Source of the DNA: Enterobacteria phage vB_EcoM_IME340
DNA: 64,000 nt
Sequence record: MH051916
Strand: one strand, 5' to 3'
Made by a program: the position numbers and the translations under genes
The notes under the pieces: generated by a model
What the model was told of the DNA's origin: nothing
Seen by the model: the letters and a program-made list of their open reading frames with translations, nothing else
Database searches by the model: none
In this document: piece by piece, positions 1 to 10,439 of the stretch
Position numbering within the stretch: the first letter of the stretch is position 1
How the letters are laid out: every line of letters starts with the position of its first letter

Positions 1-204
1 ATGAAATCATATAAAGTAAATTTAGAACTTTTTGATAAAGCAGTTCATCGAGAATATAGAATCATTCAACGCTTTTTCGATATGGGAGAAGCTGAAGAGT
101 TTAAAAACCGCTTTAAGGATATTAGAGATAAAATTCAATCCGACACCGCAACTAAAGATGAACTACTAGAAGTTGCTGAAGTTATTAAACGCAATATGAA
201 TTAA
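1..204 (+). CDS. small protein immediately upstream of rIIA (rIIA.1-like)
   Basis: 67-aa ORF ending 10 nt before rIIA start; position matches T4 rIIA.1. Confidence 0.5.
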   Translation: MKSYKVNLELFDKAVHREYRIIQRFFDMGEAEEFKNRFKDIRDKIQSDTATKDELLEVAEVIKRNMN

Positions 205-214
205 TGAGGAAATT

Positions 215-2392
215 ATGATTATCACCACTGAAAAAGAAACAATTCTTGGTAATGGTTCTAAATCAAAAGCATTTAGCATCACAGCATCTCCTAAAGTATT
301 TAAAATTCTGTCATCTGATTTGTATACAAATAAAATTCGCGCAGTAGTCCGTGAATTGATTACTAATATGATTGATGCCCATGCTCTTAATGGAAATCCT
401 GAAAAATTTATCATACAAGTTCCAGGACGATTAGATCCGCGATTTGTTTGTCGAGATTTTGGTCCGGGTATGAGCGATTTTGATATTCAGGGTGATGATA
501 ATTCTCCTGGGTTGTATAATTCATACTTCAGTTCATCTAAGGCTGAATCCAACGATTTCATTGGCGGATTTGGTTTAGGTTCTAAATCTCCGTTTAGTTA
601 TACTGATACATTTAGTATTACTTCGTACCATAAAGGTGAAATTCGCGGTTATGTAGCTTATATGGATGGTGACGGTCCGCAGATTAAACCTACATTCGTA
701 AAAGAAATGGGTCCAGACGATAAAACTGGTATTGAAATCGTAGTTCCAGTTGAAGAAAAAGACTTTAGAAACTTTGCTTATGAAGTTTCTTACATCATGC
801 GACCGTTCAAAGATTTGGCTATCATTAATGGTCTTGACCGCGAAATTGATTATTTTCCGGATTTTGATGATTATTACGGCGTAAATCCAGAAAGATACTG
901 GCCAGATCGTGGTGGATTGTATGCTATCTATGGTGGTATTGTTTATCCTATTGATGGTGTTATTAGAGACCGTAACTGGTTAAGCATCCGCAATGAAGTG
1001 AATTATATTAAGTTTCCAATGGGTTCACTTGATATTGCTCCATCACGCGAAGCTCTTTCATTAGATGATCGTACTCGTAAAAATATTATTGAGCGTGTTA
1101 AAGAGCTTAGTGAGAAGGCATTCAATGAAGATGTAAAACGATTTAAAGAATCTACATCTCCTCGTCATACATACCGTGAATTGATGAAGATGGGATATTC
1201 TGCTCGAGATTATATGATTAGTAATTCGGTCAAATTCACGACTAAAAATCTGTCATATAAAAAGATGCAGAGCATGTTTGAGCCTGATAGTAAGTTATGC
1301 AATGCAGGGGTTGTGTATGAAGTAAATCTTGACCCTCGACTGAAACGCATTAAACAAAGTCATGAAACTTCAGCCGTTGCATCAAGTTATCGTCTGTTTG
1401 GTATTAACACAACAAAAATTAATATCGTTATTGATAATATTAAAAATCGTGTTAATATTGTCCGTGGATTAGCACGTGCATTAGATGATAGTGAATTTAA
1501 TAACACTTTGAATATTCATCACAATGAGCGTCTTCTGTTTATTAATCCGGAAGTAGAATCGCAGATTGATTTGCTTCCTGATATTATGGCAATGTTTGAA
1601 AGTGATGAAGTTAACATTCATTATCTGTCAGAAATTGAGGCTTTAGTTAAAAGTTATATTCCAAAGGCAGTAAAAAGTACAGCTCCTCGTCCTAAAACTG
1701 CCACTGCATTTAAGTTTGAAATTAAAGACGGGCGCTGGGAAAAAGAGGAATTGTTTACACTCACGTCAGAAGCAGATGAAATTACTGGTTATGTAGCGTA
1801 TATGCATCGTTCTGATATTTTCTCTATGGATGGTACTACATCGCTTTGTCATCCATCTATGAATATTTTGATTCGTATGGCTAATCTTATTGGCATTAAT
1901 GAATTTTATGTTATTCGTCCGCTTTTACAGAAAAAGGTAAAAGAACTCGGTCAGTGCCAATGTATTTTTGAAGCTTTGCGTGATTTATATGTAGATGCTT
2001 TTGATGATGTAGATTATGATAAGTATGTAGGTTATTCAAGTTCAGCTAAACGATATATTGATAAAATTATCAAGTATCCTGAGTTAGATTTTATGATGAA
2101 GTACTTCAGTGTAGATGAAGTTTCTGAAGAATATACACGACTCGCTAATATGGTTAGTTCATTACAGGGTGTATATTTCAACGGTGGAAAAGATACCATC
2201 GGTCATGACATCTGGACAGTAACTAATCTTTTTGATGTATTATCAAATAATGCTTCAAAAAACAGTGATAAAATGGTTGCTGAGTTTACCAAGAAATTCC
2301 GTATTGTTTCCGACTTCATCGGTTATCGCAACTCTTTAAGTGATGATGAAGTTTCCCAAATCGCTAAAACTATGAAGGCCCTTGCGGCCTAA
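215..2392 (+). CDS. rIIA: rIIA membrane-associated protein with N-terminal GHKL-like ATPase motifs
   Basis: 725 aa as in T4 rIIA; motifs [22 protein letters not shown]; followed by rIIB. Confidence 0.93.
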   Translation: MIITTEKETILGNGSKSKAFSITASPKVFKILSSDLYTNKIRAVVRELITNMIDAHALNGNPEKFIIQVPGRLDPRFVCRDFGPGMSDFDIQGDDNSPGLYNSYFSSSKAESNDFIGGFGLGSKSPFSYTDTFSITSYHKGEIRGYVAYMDGDGPQIKPTFVKEMGPDDKTGIEIVVPVEEKDFRNFAYEVSYIMRPFKDLAIINGLDREIDYFPDFDDYYGVNPERYWPDRGGLYAIYGGIVYPIDGVIRDRNWLSIRNEVNYIKFPMGSLDIAPSREALSLDDRTRKNIIERVKELSEKAFNEDVKRFKESTSPRHTYRELMKMGYSARDYMISNSVKFTTKNLSYKKMQSMFEPDSKLCNAGVVYEVNLDPRLKRIKQSHETSAVASSYRLFGINTTKINIVIDNIKNRVNIVRGLARALDDSEFNNTLNIHHNERLLFINPEVESQIDLLPDIMAMFESDEVNIHYLSEIEALVKSYIPKAVKSTAPRPKTATAFKFEIKDGRWEKEELFTLTSEADEITGYVAYMHRSDIFSMDGTTSLCHPSMNILIRMANLIGINEFYVIRPLLQKKVKELGQCQCIFEALRDLYVDAFDDVDYDKYVGYSSSAKRYIDKIIKYPELDFMMKYFSVDEVSEEYTRLANMVSSLQGVYFNGGKDTIGHDIWTVTNLFDVLSNNASKNSDKMVAEFTKKFRIVSDFIGYRNSLSDDEVSQIAKTMKALAA

Positions 2393-2403
2393 TAAGGAAA
2401 ATT

Positions 2404-3342
2404 ATGTACAATATTAAATGCCTGACCAAAAACGAACAAGCTGAAATTGTTAAACTGTATTCAAGTGGTAATTATACTCAGCAGGAATTGGCTGATTGGC
2501 AAGGTGTATCGGTTGACACAATCCGTCGTGTTTTGAAAAATGCTGAAGAAGCTAAACGCCCTAAAGTTACTATTAGCGGTGATATCACAGTTAAAGTTAA
2601 TAGCGATGCAGTTATTGCTCCAGTTGCTAAATCTGACATTATTTGGAATGCATCTAAAAAATTCATTTCAATTACTGTTGACGGTGTAACTTATAACGCA
2701 ACTCCTAATACTCATTCAAACTTCCAGGAAATTCTTAATCTGCTTGTAGCGGATAAGCTGGAAGAAGCGGCACAAAAAATTAATGTTCGTCGCGCTGTTG
2801 AAAAATATATTTCCGGTGATGTTCGAATTGAAGGTGGAAGCCTGTTCTATCAAAATATTGAATTGCGGTCTGGTTTAGTTGATCGTATTCTCGATTCGAT
2901 GGAAAAAGGTGAAAACTTTGAATTTTATTTTCCGTTCTTGGAAAATCTGCTGGAAAACCCGAGTCAAAAAGCGGTATCTCGACTCTTTGATTTCTTGGTA
3001 GCAAACGATATTGAAATTACAGAAGACGGTTACTTCTATGCTTGGAAAGTAGTTCGCAGCAATTACTTTGACTGTCACTCAAATACCTTTGATAACAGTC
3101 CTGGTAAAGTAGTTAAAATGCCACGTACTCGTGTGAATGACGATGATACACAAACTTGTTCTCGCGGTCTGCATGTGTGTTCTAAATCTTATATTCGTCA
3201 CTTTGGCAGTTCAACCAGCCGAGTTGTAAAAGTTAAAGTACATCCTCGCGATGTAGTATCAATTCCGATTGATTACAACGATGCTAAAATGCGTACCTGC
3301 CAATACGAAGTAATTGAAGACGTTACTGAACAATTTAAATAA
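2404..3342 (+). CDS. rIIB: rIIB protein
   Basis: 312 aa as in T4 rIIB; directly downstream of rIIA with strong SD. Confidence 0.9.
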   Translation: MYNIKCLTKNEQAEIVKLYSSGNYTQQELADWQGVSVDTIRRVLKNAEEAKRPKVTISGDITVKVNSDAVIAPVAKSDIIWNASKKFISITVDGVTYNATPNTHSNFQEILNLLVADKLEEAAQKINVRRAVEKYISGDVRIEGGSLFYQNIELRSGLVDRILDSMEKGENFEFYFPFLENLLENPSQKAVSRLFDFLVANDIEITEDGYFYAWKVVRSNYFDCHSNTFDNSPGKVVKMPRTRVNDDDTQTCSRGLHVCSKSYIRHFGSSTSRVVKVKVHPRDVVSIPIDYNDAKMRTCQYEVIEDVTEQFK

Positions 3343-3370
3343 GGGCTTCGGCCCTTAACTAAGGAAAATT

Positions 3371-3565
3371 ATGTTAGGTTATCAAGCACGAGTAAAAGAA
3401 GAATACGATCAATTAATGCTCAAAATTAATGCACTGAGCAAATTTTTAGAAAGCACAAAGTTTCTAACGATTAATGAAGTTGAGCAAGAACTGTTGCTTT
3501 CACAATTTATCTCAATGAAATCTTACGCAGATTGTTTAGAGAAAAGAATTGCACAATTCAAATAA
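3371..3565 (+). CDS. hypothetical small protein (D region)
   Basis: 64-aa ORF with SD AAGGAAAATT, followed by terminator hairpin. Confidence 0.45.
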   Translation: MLGYQARVKEEYDQLMLKINALSKFLESTKFLTINEVEQELLLSQFISMKSYADCLEKRIAQFK

Positions 3566-3567
3566 AT

Positions 3568-3590
3568 AAGGGCTTCGGCCCTTTTGTTTT
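3568..3590 (+). terminator. intrinsic terminator, GGGC-UUCG-GCCC hairpin plus U-run
   Basis: UUCG tetraloop hairpin followed by TTTTGTTTT. Confidence 0.6.
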
Positions 3591-3651
3591 AAGGAAAAAT
3601 TATGATTTATTGTATGAATATCGGTGATTCCGACATAAAAGGAAAGTCTAA

Positions 3652-4209
3652 ATGCAGAAAACGAATCCGGGTTTACAGAGACTATTTCAGATTCCGACAT
3701 TTACCCTATCGAACAGTGACTTGACTAGTGAAATGAAGGTCAAAATTGCTGATACTGCAAGATACTCTTTAAAACAGAACCCAAATCAGGATAAGTCAGA
3801 AGTTATCGAAAGATGCCGTATCGCTGTGTACGCAGAGTTTTTTGTGGCAGATTGGCTAAGCGGATATGTCAATAAAGGCCAAGAAGATGTCGATGATCCG
3901 TACACATATGCATGGGATGTTTTAGCACATCCAAAATACTGCGGGCTTCGTGTAGAAGTTAAGACACATCAAACTGACTCACGTTGGATTTCGGTAACAA
4001 CAGGATGCAGCGGAGAGTATCCATATGGTTCTGGAATAAATCTAGGGCCCATTCTAAATCATCAAGTCGCTGACTGTATAATTATATTCAACACTAAAGA
4101 AATTCATCCAGGTGTCATCCAGTACACTCCGAAATTCATCGGTGATAGAGAAGACCTTCGTAAGGTTGTAAGAAAAAGCAACTACAATGGATGGTATCTT
4201 TCCATTTAA
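3652..4209 (+). CDS. denB: endonuclease IV (dC-DNA specific)
   Basis: 185 aa, matches T4 DenB length and position between rIIB and ndd. Confidence 0.8.
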   Translation: MQKTNPGLQRLFQIPTFTLSNSDLTSEMKVKIADTARYSLKQNPNQDKSEVIERCRIAVYAEFFVADWLSGYVNKGQEDVDDPYTYAWDVLAHPKYCGLRVEVKTHQTDSRWISVTTGCSGEYPYGSGINLGPILNHQVADCIIIFNTKEIHPGVIQYTPKFIGDREDLRKVVRKSNYNGWYLSI

Positions 4210-4227
4210 AAATTTTTTCACAAAACG

Positions 4228-4258
4228 GTTTACATACCACAAGGACTGTGGTAATATA
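4228..4258 (+). promoter_or_regulatory. T4-type early (sigma70) promoter
   Basis: AT-rich UP region, GTTTAC -35, TAATAT -10; near-identical cassette recurs at 7641 and 24256. Confidence 0.55.
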
Positions 4259-4503
4259 CAACTATCAACTGATACGGATTTGGAGAATGAAATGAAAATC
4301 GCTGAGATTGAACTATGAGTTCACTGTGGTGGTGTTTTGTTTGGTTAATTAGTATTCCAGTAATTTGTTTAACATTTACTTTTGTGATGAGGTTATTATG
4401 AAAATTTTGAATTCCGTACTTATTGCTTGTGCGTGGTGGGTTGCGCAAGTTTCGGCGGTAGTGATTGGTATTCACATTTATTACGAATATTTTTAAAAAA
4501 GTT

Positions 4504-4533
4504 GTTTACAAGACTGTTCTTCCGTGGTACTAT
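4504..4533 (+). promoter_or_regulatory. T4-type early promoter
   Basis: GTTTAC, 18-nt spacer, TACTAT; upstream of SD GGAGG and small ORF. Confidence 0.5.
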
Positions 4534-4561
4534 TACCCTATCAACTACGGAGGAACAGAAA

Positions 4562-4675
4562 ATGAAAAAGATTATTAAAGCTATATGGAATGTAGTTATA
4601 ATACTAATAGTTTTGAGTATATTCCCAATCGTTTTAATGATTGATGTATTAAACGCTTACTTTGGATTTATGTGA
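4562..4675 (+). CDS. small hydrophobic membrane peptide (ndd.x-like)
   Basis: 37-aa ORF after GGAGG SD; predicted single TM helix. Confidence 0.35.
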   Translation: MKKIIKAIWNVVIILIVLSIFPIVLMIDVLNAYFGFM

Positions 4676-4682
4676 GGAAAAT

Positions 4683-4880
4683 ATGAAGCGTAAACGTAGT
4701 GCTTTTACATTTATTGAATGGTTTTTCGATAATATTTTTCCGGCTTTATTCATTTTCATGCTGATTTTTGCCTTAGGTTCAGTTGTAGTTGGAATCTATT
4801 TGATGACAGTAGTCGGAATTGATATTCATCAAAATGGTTTAAAATCCGTAGTTGAAACAATTTGGAATGGTGCAAAATGA
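4683..4880 (+). CDS. small hydrophobic membrane protein (ndd.x-like)
   Basis: 65-aa ORF after GAGGAAAAT SD; two hydrophobic segments. Confidence 0.4.
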   Translation: MKRKRSAFTFIEWFFDNIFPALFIFMLIFALGSVVVGIYLMTVVGIDIHQNGLKSVVETIWNGAK

Positions 4881-4995
4881 TGAATTTGCTGAGCGGTTGG
4901 TTTTATATTCTTATGTTTTACATTGGTGCAAATTTTCCATATTGGATGGGATGGTCAACAACTGCATTCGGATTTTATACTCCTTGAGGTGAATT

Positions 4996-5211
4996 ATGAA
5001 AATTTTTAAAGATGTAAAAGTTGGTGAAATTTTTTGTTTAGATAACGGTGATCAGTTAATTCGTATTTCACCTCTTAAGAGCACCAGCGAGAAAATGACA
5101 GTTAACGCTACTTTAGCAAATAACAGTAATGAACGTTTCTGTATTGAAAATGATACTGAAACTTATACCGTAGAAGAGTTTTGGGAATTGAGCGTCGACT
5201 GCGACGATTAA
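4996..5211 (+). CDS. hypothetical protein
   Basis: 71-aa ORF with GAGGTGA SD. Confidence 0.4.
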   Translation: MKIFKDVKVGEIFCLDNGDQLIRISPLKSTSEKMTVNATLANNSNERFCIENDTETYTVEEFWELSVDCDD

Positions 5212-5270
5212 TTTAATGGCCGTGTGTATTCATGCGGCCTTGGAGTAGAAAATAATTAGAGGAAATTAAT

Positions 5271-5726
5271 ATGAAATATATGACTGTTACTGATCTGAAC
5301 AACGCAGGCGCAACTGTTATTGGTACAATCAAGGGCGGTGAATGGGTTTTTGGAACTCCGCATAAAGACATTTTGTCTAACCCTGGATTTTACTTTTTAG
5401 TGAGTAAATTTGGTGGTCCATTTGATAGTCCGTGTGTATCTGCGCGATTTTATGTAGGTAATCAGCGTTCTAAGCAAGGATTCAGTGCAGTTCTAAGTCA
5501 TATTCGTCAGCGTCGGTCCCAGCTCGCGCGTACTATTGCAAATAACAATGTTCCATACACAGTATTTTATCTACCTGCTTCTAAGATGAAACCTCTGACG
5601 ACAGGATTTGGAAAGGGTCAGTTAGCTTTAGCGTTTACTCGTAATCATCATTCTGAGTATCAAACACTTGAAGAAATGAACCGTATGTTGGCTGATAACT
5701 TTAAATTTGTTTTGCAGACATATTAA
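5271..5726 (+). CDS. ndd: nucleoid disruption protein
   Basis: 151 aa as in T4 Ndd; synteny denB-ndd-stp-ac. Confidence 0.8.
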
Positions 5727-5806
5727 TGAGTAATTTCCATAACGAACACGTGATGCAGTTCTATCGTAACAATCTTAAAACTAAAGGCGTCTTCGGACGC
5801 CAGTGA
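5726..5806 (+). CDS. stp: Stp peptide (activator of PrrC anticodon nuclease / anti-restriction peptide)
   Basis: 26-aa [29 protein letters not shown], matches T4 Stp as I recall it; start overlaps ndd stop (TAATG). Confidence 0.8.
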
Positions 5807-5813
5807 GGAAAAT

Positions 5814-5972
5814 ATGAATATTGCAAAATTATTAGGAGTTATTTCATTTATTTGTTGGATAGTAGCATGTGTTTTAACTATCTGTATCGATGCTAGCAGT
5901 GTGTTTTCACAAGCTTTAGCCCAGGGTATGTGTGCATATTTAACATTTGTGTTGTTATCTACTAATGATTAA
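5814..5972 (+). CDS. ac: acriflavine sensitivity membrane protein
   Basis: 52-aa hydrophobic ORF directly after stp, as in T4. Confidence 0.65.
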   Translation: MNIAKLLGVISFICWIVACVLTICIDASSVFSQALAQGMCAYLTFVLLSTND

Positions 5973-6105
5973 GAAAATCTTGGGCTACTCGGTAGCCCTT
6001 GCTATTTTATTGATAGCGCTATATTATGGAGTAATGTTCGGATTAATTCAAGTCGTGCTTTTCATTTCTGATGTTATTATGGCACTACATTCACTAGTAT
6101 GGTAA
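5965..6105 (+). CDS. small membrane protein (52.1 position)
   Basis: 46-aa hydrophobic ORF overlapping ac stop, ends 5 nt before gene 52. Confidence 0.35.
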   Translation: MIKKILGYSVALAILLIALYYGVMFGLIQVVLFISDVIMALHSLVW

Positions 6106-6109
6106 ATTT

Positions 6110-7438
6110 ATGCAACTGAATAATCGTGATTTAAAAAGTATCATTGATAATGAAGCATTGGCTTATGCTATGTACACGGTTGAAAATCGTGCTATTCCAA
6201 ATATGATTGATGGATTTAAGCCAGTTCAACGATTTGTTATCGCTCGAGCTCTTGATTTGGCACGGGGAAATAAAGATAAGTTTCACAAACTCGCTTCTAT
6301 TGCAGGTGGTGTAGCTGACCTTGGATATCATCATGGCGAAAACTCCGCACAAGATGCGGGGGCTTTGATGGCTAACACTTGGAATAATAACTTTCCTTTG
6401 TTAGATGGTCAAGGAAACTTTGGTTCTCGTACTGTTCAAAAAGCAGCGGCAAGTCGTTATATTTTTGCTCGTGTAAGTAAAAATTTCTATAACGTATATA
6501 AAGATACTGAATATGCTCCGGTACATCAAGATAAAGAACACATTCCGCCTGCTTTCTATTTGCCTATTATTCCTACTGTTCTTCTTAATGGTGTTTCCGG
6601 TATTGCAACTGGTTATGCAACTTACATTCTTCCTCATAGTGTTTCTTCTGTCAAGAAAGCTGTACTACAAGCTCTTCAAGGAAAGAAAGTAACTAAACCG
6701 AAGGTAGAATTCCCAGAATTTCGTGGTGAAGTCGTTGAAATTGATGGCCAATATGAAATTCGTGGAACGTACAAGTTTACTTCACGAACCCAAATGCATA
6801 TCACTGAGATTCCATATAAGTATGATCGTGAAACTTATGTGAGTAAAATCTTAGACCCGCTTGAAGATAAAGGCTTCATTACATGGGATGATGCTTGTGG
6901 TGAGCATGGTTTTGGCTTTAAAGTTAAATTCCGCAAAGAATACTCTTTGAGCGATAACGAAGAAGAACGCCATGCAAAAATCATGAAAGACTTCGGGTTG
7001 ATTGAGCGTCGTTCTCAGAATATTACAGTCATTAACGAGAAAGGAAAGCTGCAAGTTTATGACAACGTAGTTGATTTAATCAAAGACTTCGTTGAAGTTC
7101 GTAAAGATTATGTCCAAAAACGAATTGATAACAAAATCAAAGAAACTGAATCAGCATTTCGTTTAGCCTTTGCCAAGGCGCATTTCATTAAGAAAGTAAT
7201 TTCAGGTGAAATTGTTGTGCAGGGTAAAACTCGTAAAGAACTGACCGAAGAACTTTCTAAAATTGATATGTATTCTTCTTATGTTGATAAACTAGTCGGA
7301 ATGAATATTTTTCATATGACTTCTGATGAAGCAAAGAAACTTGCTGAAGAAGCTAAAGCTAAGAAAGAAGAAAACGAATATTGGAAAACTACTGATGTAG
7401 TTACCGAATACACTAAAGATTTAGAGGAAATCAAATGA
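6110..7438 (+). CDS. 52: DNA topoisomerase II medium subunit
   Basis: 442 aa as in T4 gp52; GyrA-like N-terminus (PVQRFV motif). Confidence 0.9.
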   Translation: MQLNNRDLKSIIDNEALAYAMYTVENRAIPNMIDGFKPVQRFVIARALDLARGNKDKFHKLASIAGGVADLGYHHGENSAQDAGALMANTWNNNFPLLDGQGNFGSRTVQKAAASRYIFARVSKNFYNVYKDTEYAPVHQDKEHIPPAFYLPIIPTVLLNGVSGIATGYATYILPHSVSSVKKAVLQALQGKKVTKPKVEFPEFRGEVVEIDGQYEIRGTYKFTSRTQMHITEIPYKYDRETYVSKILDPLEDKGFITWDDACGEHGFGFKVKFRKEYSLSDNEEERHAKIMKDFGLIERRSQNITVINEKGKLQVYDNVVDLIKDFVEVRKDYVQKRIDNKIKETESAFRLAFAKAHFIKKVISGEIVVQGKTRKELTEELSKIDMYSSYVDKLVGMNIFHMTSDEAKKLAEEAKAKKEENEYWKTTDVVTEYTKDLEEIK

Positions 7439-7584
7439 GTCCATTCATAGGTATTACAAGCGCGGCATTAGTATCTGGTAGCATTTTACTGGCGGGTTTA
7501 GGTGTTGTTCCAGCCGTAGCAGGAGGTCTTCTTGCGTTCGGAATTCAACGCGTTATCATGACAGTTATCACAGTCATGCAGTAA
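7435..7584 (+). CDS. small hydrophobic protein (motA.1 position)
   Basis: 49-aa ORF, ATGA overlap with gene 52 stop. Confidence 0.35.
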   Translation: MSPFIGITSAALVSGSILLAGLGVVPAVAGGLLAFGIQRVIMTVITVMQ

Positions 7585-7589
7585 TTTTA

Positions 7590-7620
7590 GGGAGAGCCTC
7601 GGCTCTCCCTTTTTTTATTT
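7590..7620 (+). terminator. intrinsic terminator
   Basis: GGGAGAGCC-TC-GGCTCTCCC hairpin followed by T8. Confidence 0.7.
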
Positions 7621-7640
7621 TAAAATTTTTTCACAAAACG

Positions 7641-7670
7641 GTTTACAACCAAAGCATACTGTGGTACTAT
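7641..7670 (+). promoter_or_regulatory. T4-type early promoter upstream of motA
   Basis: TTTTTTCACAAAACGGTTTACA ... TACTAT cassette. Confidence 0.6.
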
Positions 7671-7711
7671 ACAACTATCAACTACTGATACAGAATTACG
7701 GAGATTAGAAA

Positions 7712-8347
7712 ATGTCTAAAGTAACTTACATCATCAAAGCTTCTAACGATGTTCTGAATGAAAAAACTGCTGCGATTTTAATTACCATTGCTAAGAAAGA
7801 TTTCATTACAGCTGCAGAAGTTCGTGAGGTGCATCCAGATTTAGGTAACGCAGTAGTTAATAGTAATATTGGGGTATTGATTAAAAAAGGCCTGGTGGAG
7901 AAATCTGGTGATGGATTAATCATTACTGGTGAAGCTCAGGATATTATTTCAAATGCAGCAACTTTATACGCACAGGAAAACGCTCCTGAACTGTTGAAAA
8001 AACGAGCAACACGTAAAGCTCGCGAGATTACTTCCGATATGGAAGAAGATAAAGACTTCATGTTAAAACTTTTAGATGAAAATGGATTTGTTCTTAAAAA
8101 AGTTGAAACTTATCGTAGTAACTATCTCGCTATTTTAGAAAAACGCACTCACGGAATTCGTAATTTTGAAATTAACAACAATGGAAATATGCGAATTTTT
8201 GGATACAAAATGATGGAACATCATATTCAGAAATTTACTGATATCGGAATGTCATGTAAAATCGCTAAAAATGGTAATGTGTATCTTGACATTAAACGCT
8301 CGGCAGAAAACATTGAAGCTGTAATCACCGTAGCATCTGAACTGTGA
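7712..8347 (+). CDS. motA: middle-transcription activator MotA
   Basis: 211 aa as in T4 MotA. Confidence 0.9.
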   Translation: MSKVTYIIKASNDVLNEKTAAILITIAKKDFITAAEVREVHPDLGNAVVNSNIGVLIKKGLVEKSGDGLIITGEAQDIISNAATLYAQENAPELLKKRATRKAREITSDMEEDKDFMLKLLDENGFVLKKVETYRSNYLAILEKRTHGIRNFEINNNGNMRIFGYKMMEHHIQKFTDIGMSCKIAKNGNVYLDIKRSAENIEAVITVASEL

Positions 8348-8357
8348 GGAATAAATA

Positions 8358-8687
8358 ATGAACAAGTTAGAAATTATCAATGAACTTCGTCGTTGTGCAG
8401 AACCCACTCAAGAGGGGTGGGATATCTGGTACCACGGAGCTTATCTTGGAACTATCGTAAAGATTAAGACTGGCAAATACATGATTATTCGTGAAAGTAA
8501 AGATGCTCCAGTAGGTATTCGCAATAATTTCATGGCAGCGATAAGTTCCTTTACAGATTCAGCTTACGAAATTTACCTTGCTGATTATAAAGAATTCCAG
8601 GAATCTCAACCAGTTATTCGCTCAATTGGTGTTAACAAAGCTCAACAGAAAACTTTGTGGCAACGTATTAAAGGATGGTTTAAATGA
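8358..8687 (+). CDS. hypothetical protein (arn.x position)
   Basis: 109-aa ORF, translationally coupled to next ORF. Confidence 0.45.
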   Translation: MNKLEIINELRRCAEPTQEGWDIWYHGAYLGTIVKIKTGKYMIIRESKDAPVGIRNNFMAAISSFTDSAYEIYLADYKEFQESQPVIRSIGVNKAQQKTLWQRIKGWFK

Positions 8688-9145
8688 ATCCATTTATTAA
8701 TCGTTTAAAAATGCTGAATGTTCCTTTATCTCGTGAAACTCCAGAAAGTCTTGTTGAAAAATTTAAAGCGCATGGTTATAAATGCGCAGAAGAAGATATT
8801 CTTGCAGAAGTTCCTGAAATTTGTTGGCAGACTGCATACTGGGATGAAAACCAAAAGTACCAACGACGAATTGTTTGCGCAGCCAATCGTTTTAAATTAA
8901 AAGATGGACGAACTCTTGTTATTCCAGGTGCTCGTCATTATTCTAAAGATATGGCAGCAGTTTTAGATGTAGTTAAACCCCAATTAGTTACTCAGCAAGT
9001 TTGTGATGATGACCAAGGGTTTATTGACCAATATAGTAATTATTGGACACGTGAAGAAGCAATGATTATTGCAACTTACGCTGGACAAGTACGTGTTGAA
9101 CGTGGTGGTAGTGAAAAAGAACTTTACTCTGAGGACCTTTACTAA
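8684..9145 (+). CDS. hypothetical protein (arn.x position)
   Basis: 153-aa ORF with ATGA overlap to upstream ORF. Confidence 0.45.
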   Translation: MNPFINRLKMLNVPLSRETPESLVEKFKAHGYKCAEEDILAEVPEICWQTAYWDENQKYQRRIVCAANRFKLKDGRTLVIPGARHYSKDMAAVLDVVKPQLVTQQVCDDDQGFIDQYSNYWTREEAMIIATYAGQVRVERGGSEKELYSEDLY

Positions 9146-9441
9146 TGAATATTAAAAAGTTTCAAATTGATGGAATTACTAATCAAATCCAGGCATTGGA
9201 ATATGCCAATAAAATGATGTCAACCAATTGGGGAATTTATACTAATGAACCCGCATTTCAGTTTTGTGATATGGAATTAACTAAAAAGCTTGTAGGAAAA
9301 GATTATGTATGTCCATTTAGTTCTCCAGTAAATGGAATGTTAAAACCTGCTTTACGCGATCTTTATATTGCGATGAACGAAGAAATGATAAAAGAACTAA
9401 AACGTCAACTGAAGGTGATTCAATTTGGCCAGGGAAATTAA
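9145..9441 (+). CDS. hypothetical protein (arn.x position)
   Basis: 98-aa ORF, TAATG overlap. Confidence 0.45.
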   Translation: MNIKKFQIDGITNQIQALEYANKMMSTNWGIYTNEPAFQFCDMELTKKLVGKDYVCPFSSPVNGMLKPALRDLYIAMNEEMIKELKRQLKVIQFGQGN

Positions 9442-9643
9442 TTCAAAATCCGATTATTTTAACTCTCTCAATGATAAAGATAAAAATCTAATACGGCATT
9501 TTATTGTTGAGATGGGATATACTGATACACGTGATTTAAGAGAACATATATTTGAATGTGGTGTAGCTAAAAAGTTTTCATTCACGTGCAAATGTTTGAG
9601 AGAGGTAATTCAGCACTATGAACAATTTAGTCGCAAAACATAA
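9425..9643 (+). CDS. hypothetical protein, start uncertain
   Basis: open frame begins at TTG; first ATG at 9512 would give 43 aa. Confidence 0.3.
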   Translation: MAREINSKSDYFNSLNDKDKNLIRHFIVEMGYTDTRDLREHIFECGVAKKFSFTCKCLREVIQHYEQFSRKT

Positions 9644-9726
9644 TTTTAATAGAGCTTCTGTCCATAAAGATAAGAAGAAAGCGTTTAAAGAATCTAATCG
9701 CAAACAGAAACATAAGGGGAAGGTCT

Positions 9727-10005
9727 ATGATTATTGATTCTCAATCTGTAGTTCAATATACAATAAAAATTGATATTCTAGAAAAGCTATATAAGTTTCT
9801 ACCAAATTTATACCACTCAATTGTTAATGAATTAGTTGAAGAACTACATCTCGAGAATAATGATTTCTTGGTTGGAACTTATAAAGATAACTCAAAGGCG
9901 GGATATTTTTACATAATTCCAGCTCCAGGAAAAAGTATTGATGATGTATTAAAAACTATAATGATTTATGTCCATGATTACGAAATTGAAGATTATTTCG
10001 AATGA
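9727..10005 (+). CDS. arn: anti-restriction nuclease inhibitor Arn (acidic DNA-mimic-like)
   Basis: 92 aa, acidic, position between motA region and asiA as in T4. Confidence 0.5.
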   Translation: MIIDSQSVVQYTIKIDILEKLYKFLPNLYHSIVNELVEELHLENNDFLVGTYKDNSKAGYFYIIPAPGKSIDDVLKTIMIYVHDYEIEDYFE

Positions 10006-10154
10006 GTCATAATCTTGAAATGGTAATCGAGCATAATATAGCTCAGGAACGTGAGTCGTTCAAGGAATTCGTAGAAAAAATTTTTGAAGAAAACAACACA
10101 GATCAGTTTACAAATCAAGCGTCTGATGATATTATAATAAAGTCAACTAATTGA
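10002..10154 (+). CDS. small acidic hypothetical protein
   Basis: 50-aa ORF, ATGA overlap with arn stop. Confidence 0.3.
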   Translation: MSHNLEMVIEHNIAQERESFKEFVEKIFEENNTDQFTNQASDDIIIKSTN

Positions 10155-10166
10155 GTGGTATAGTTA

Positions 10167-10439
10167 ATGAATAAAAACATTGATACAGTTCGTGAAATTA
10201 TTACTGTTGCATCTATTTTGATTAAATTTTCCAGAGAAGATATTGTTGAGAATCGTGCTAATTTTATTGCATTTCTGAATGAGATTGGAGTAACGCATGA
10301 AGGTAGAAAGTTAAATCAGAATTCATTCCGTAAAATTGTTTCTGAATTAACCCAAGAAGATAAGAAAACCCTCATCGACGAATTCAACGAGGGTTTTGAG
10401 GGTGTATATCGATATCTAGAGATGTATACAAACAAATAA
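10167..10439 (+). CDS. asiA: anti-sigma70 factor AsiA
   Basis: 90 aa as in T4 AsiA. Confidence 0.85.
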   Translation: MNKNIDTVREIITVASILIKFSREDIVENRANFIAFLNEIGVTHEGRKLNQNSFRKIVSELTQEDKKTLIDEFNEGFEGVYRYLEMYTNK

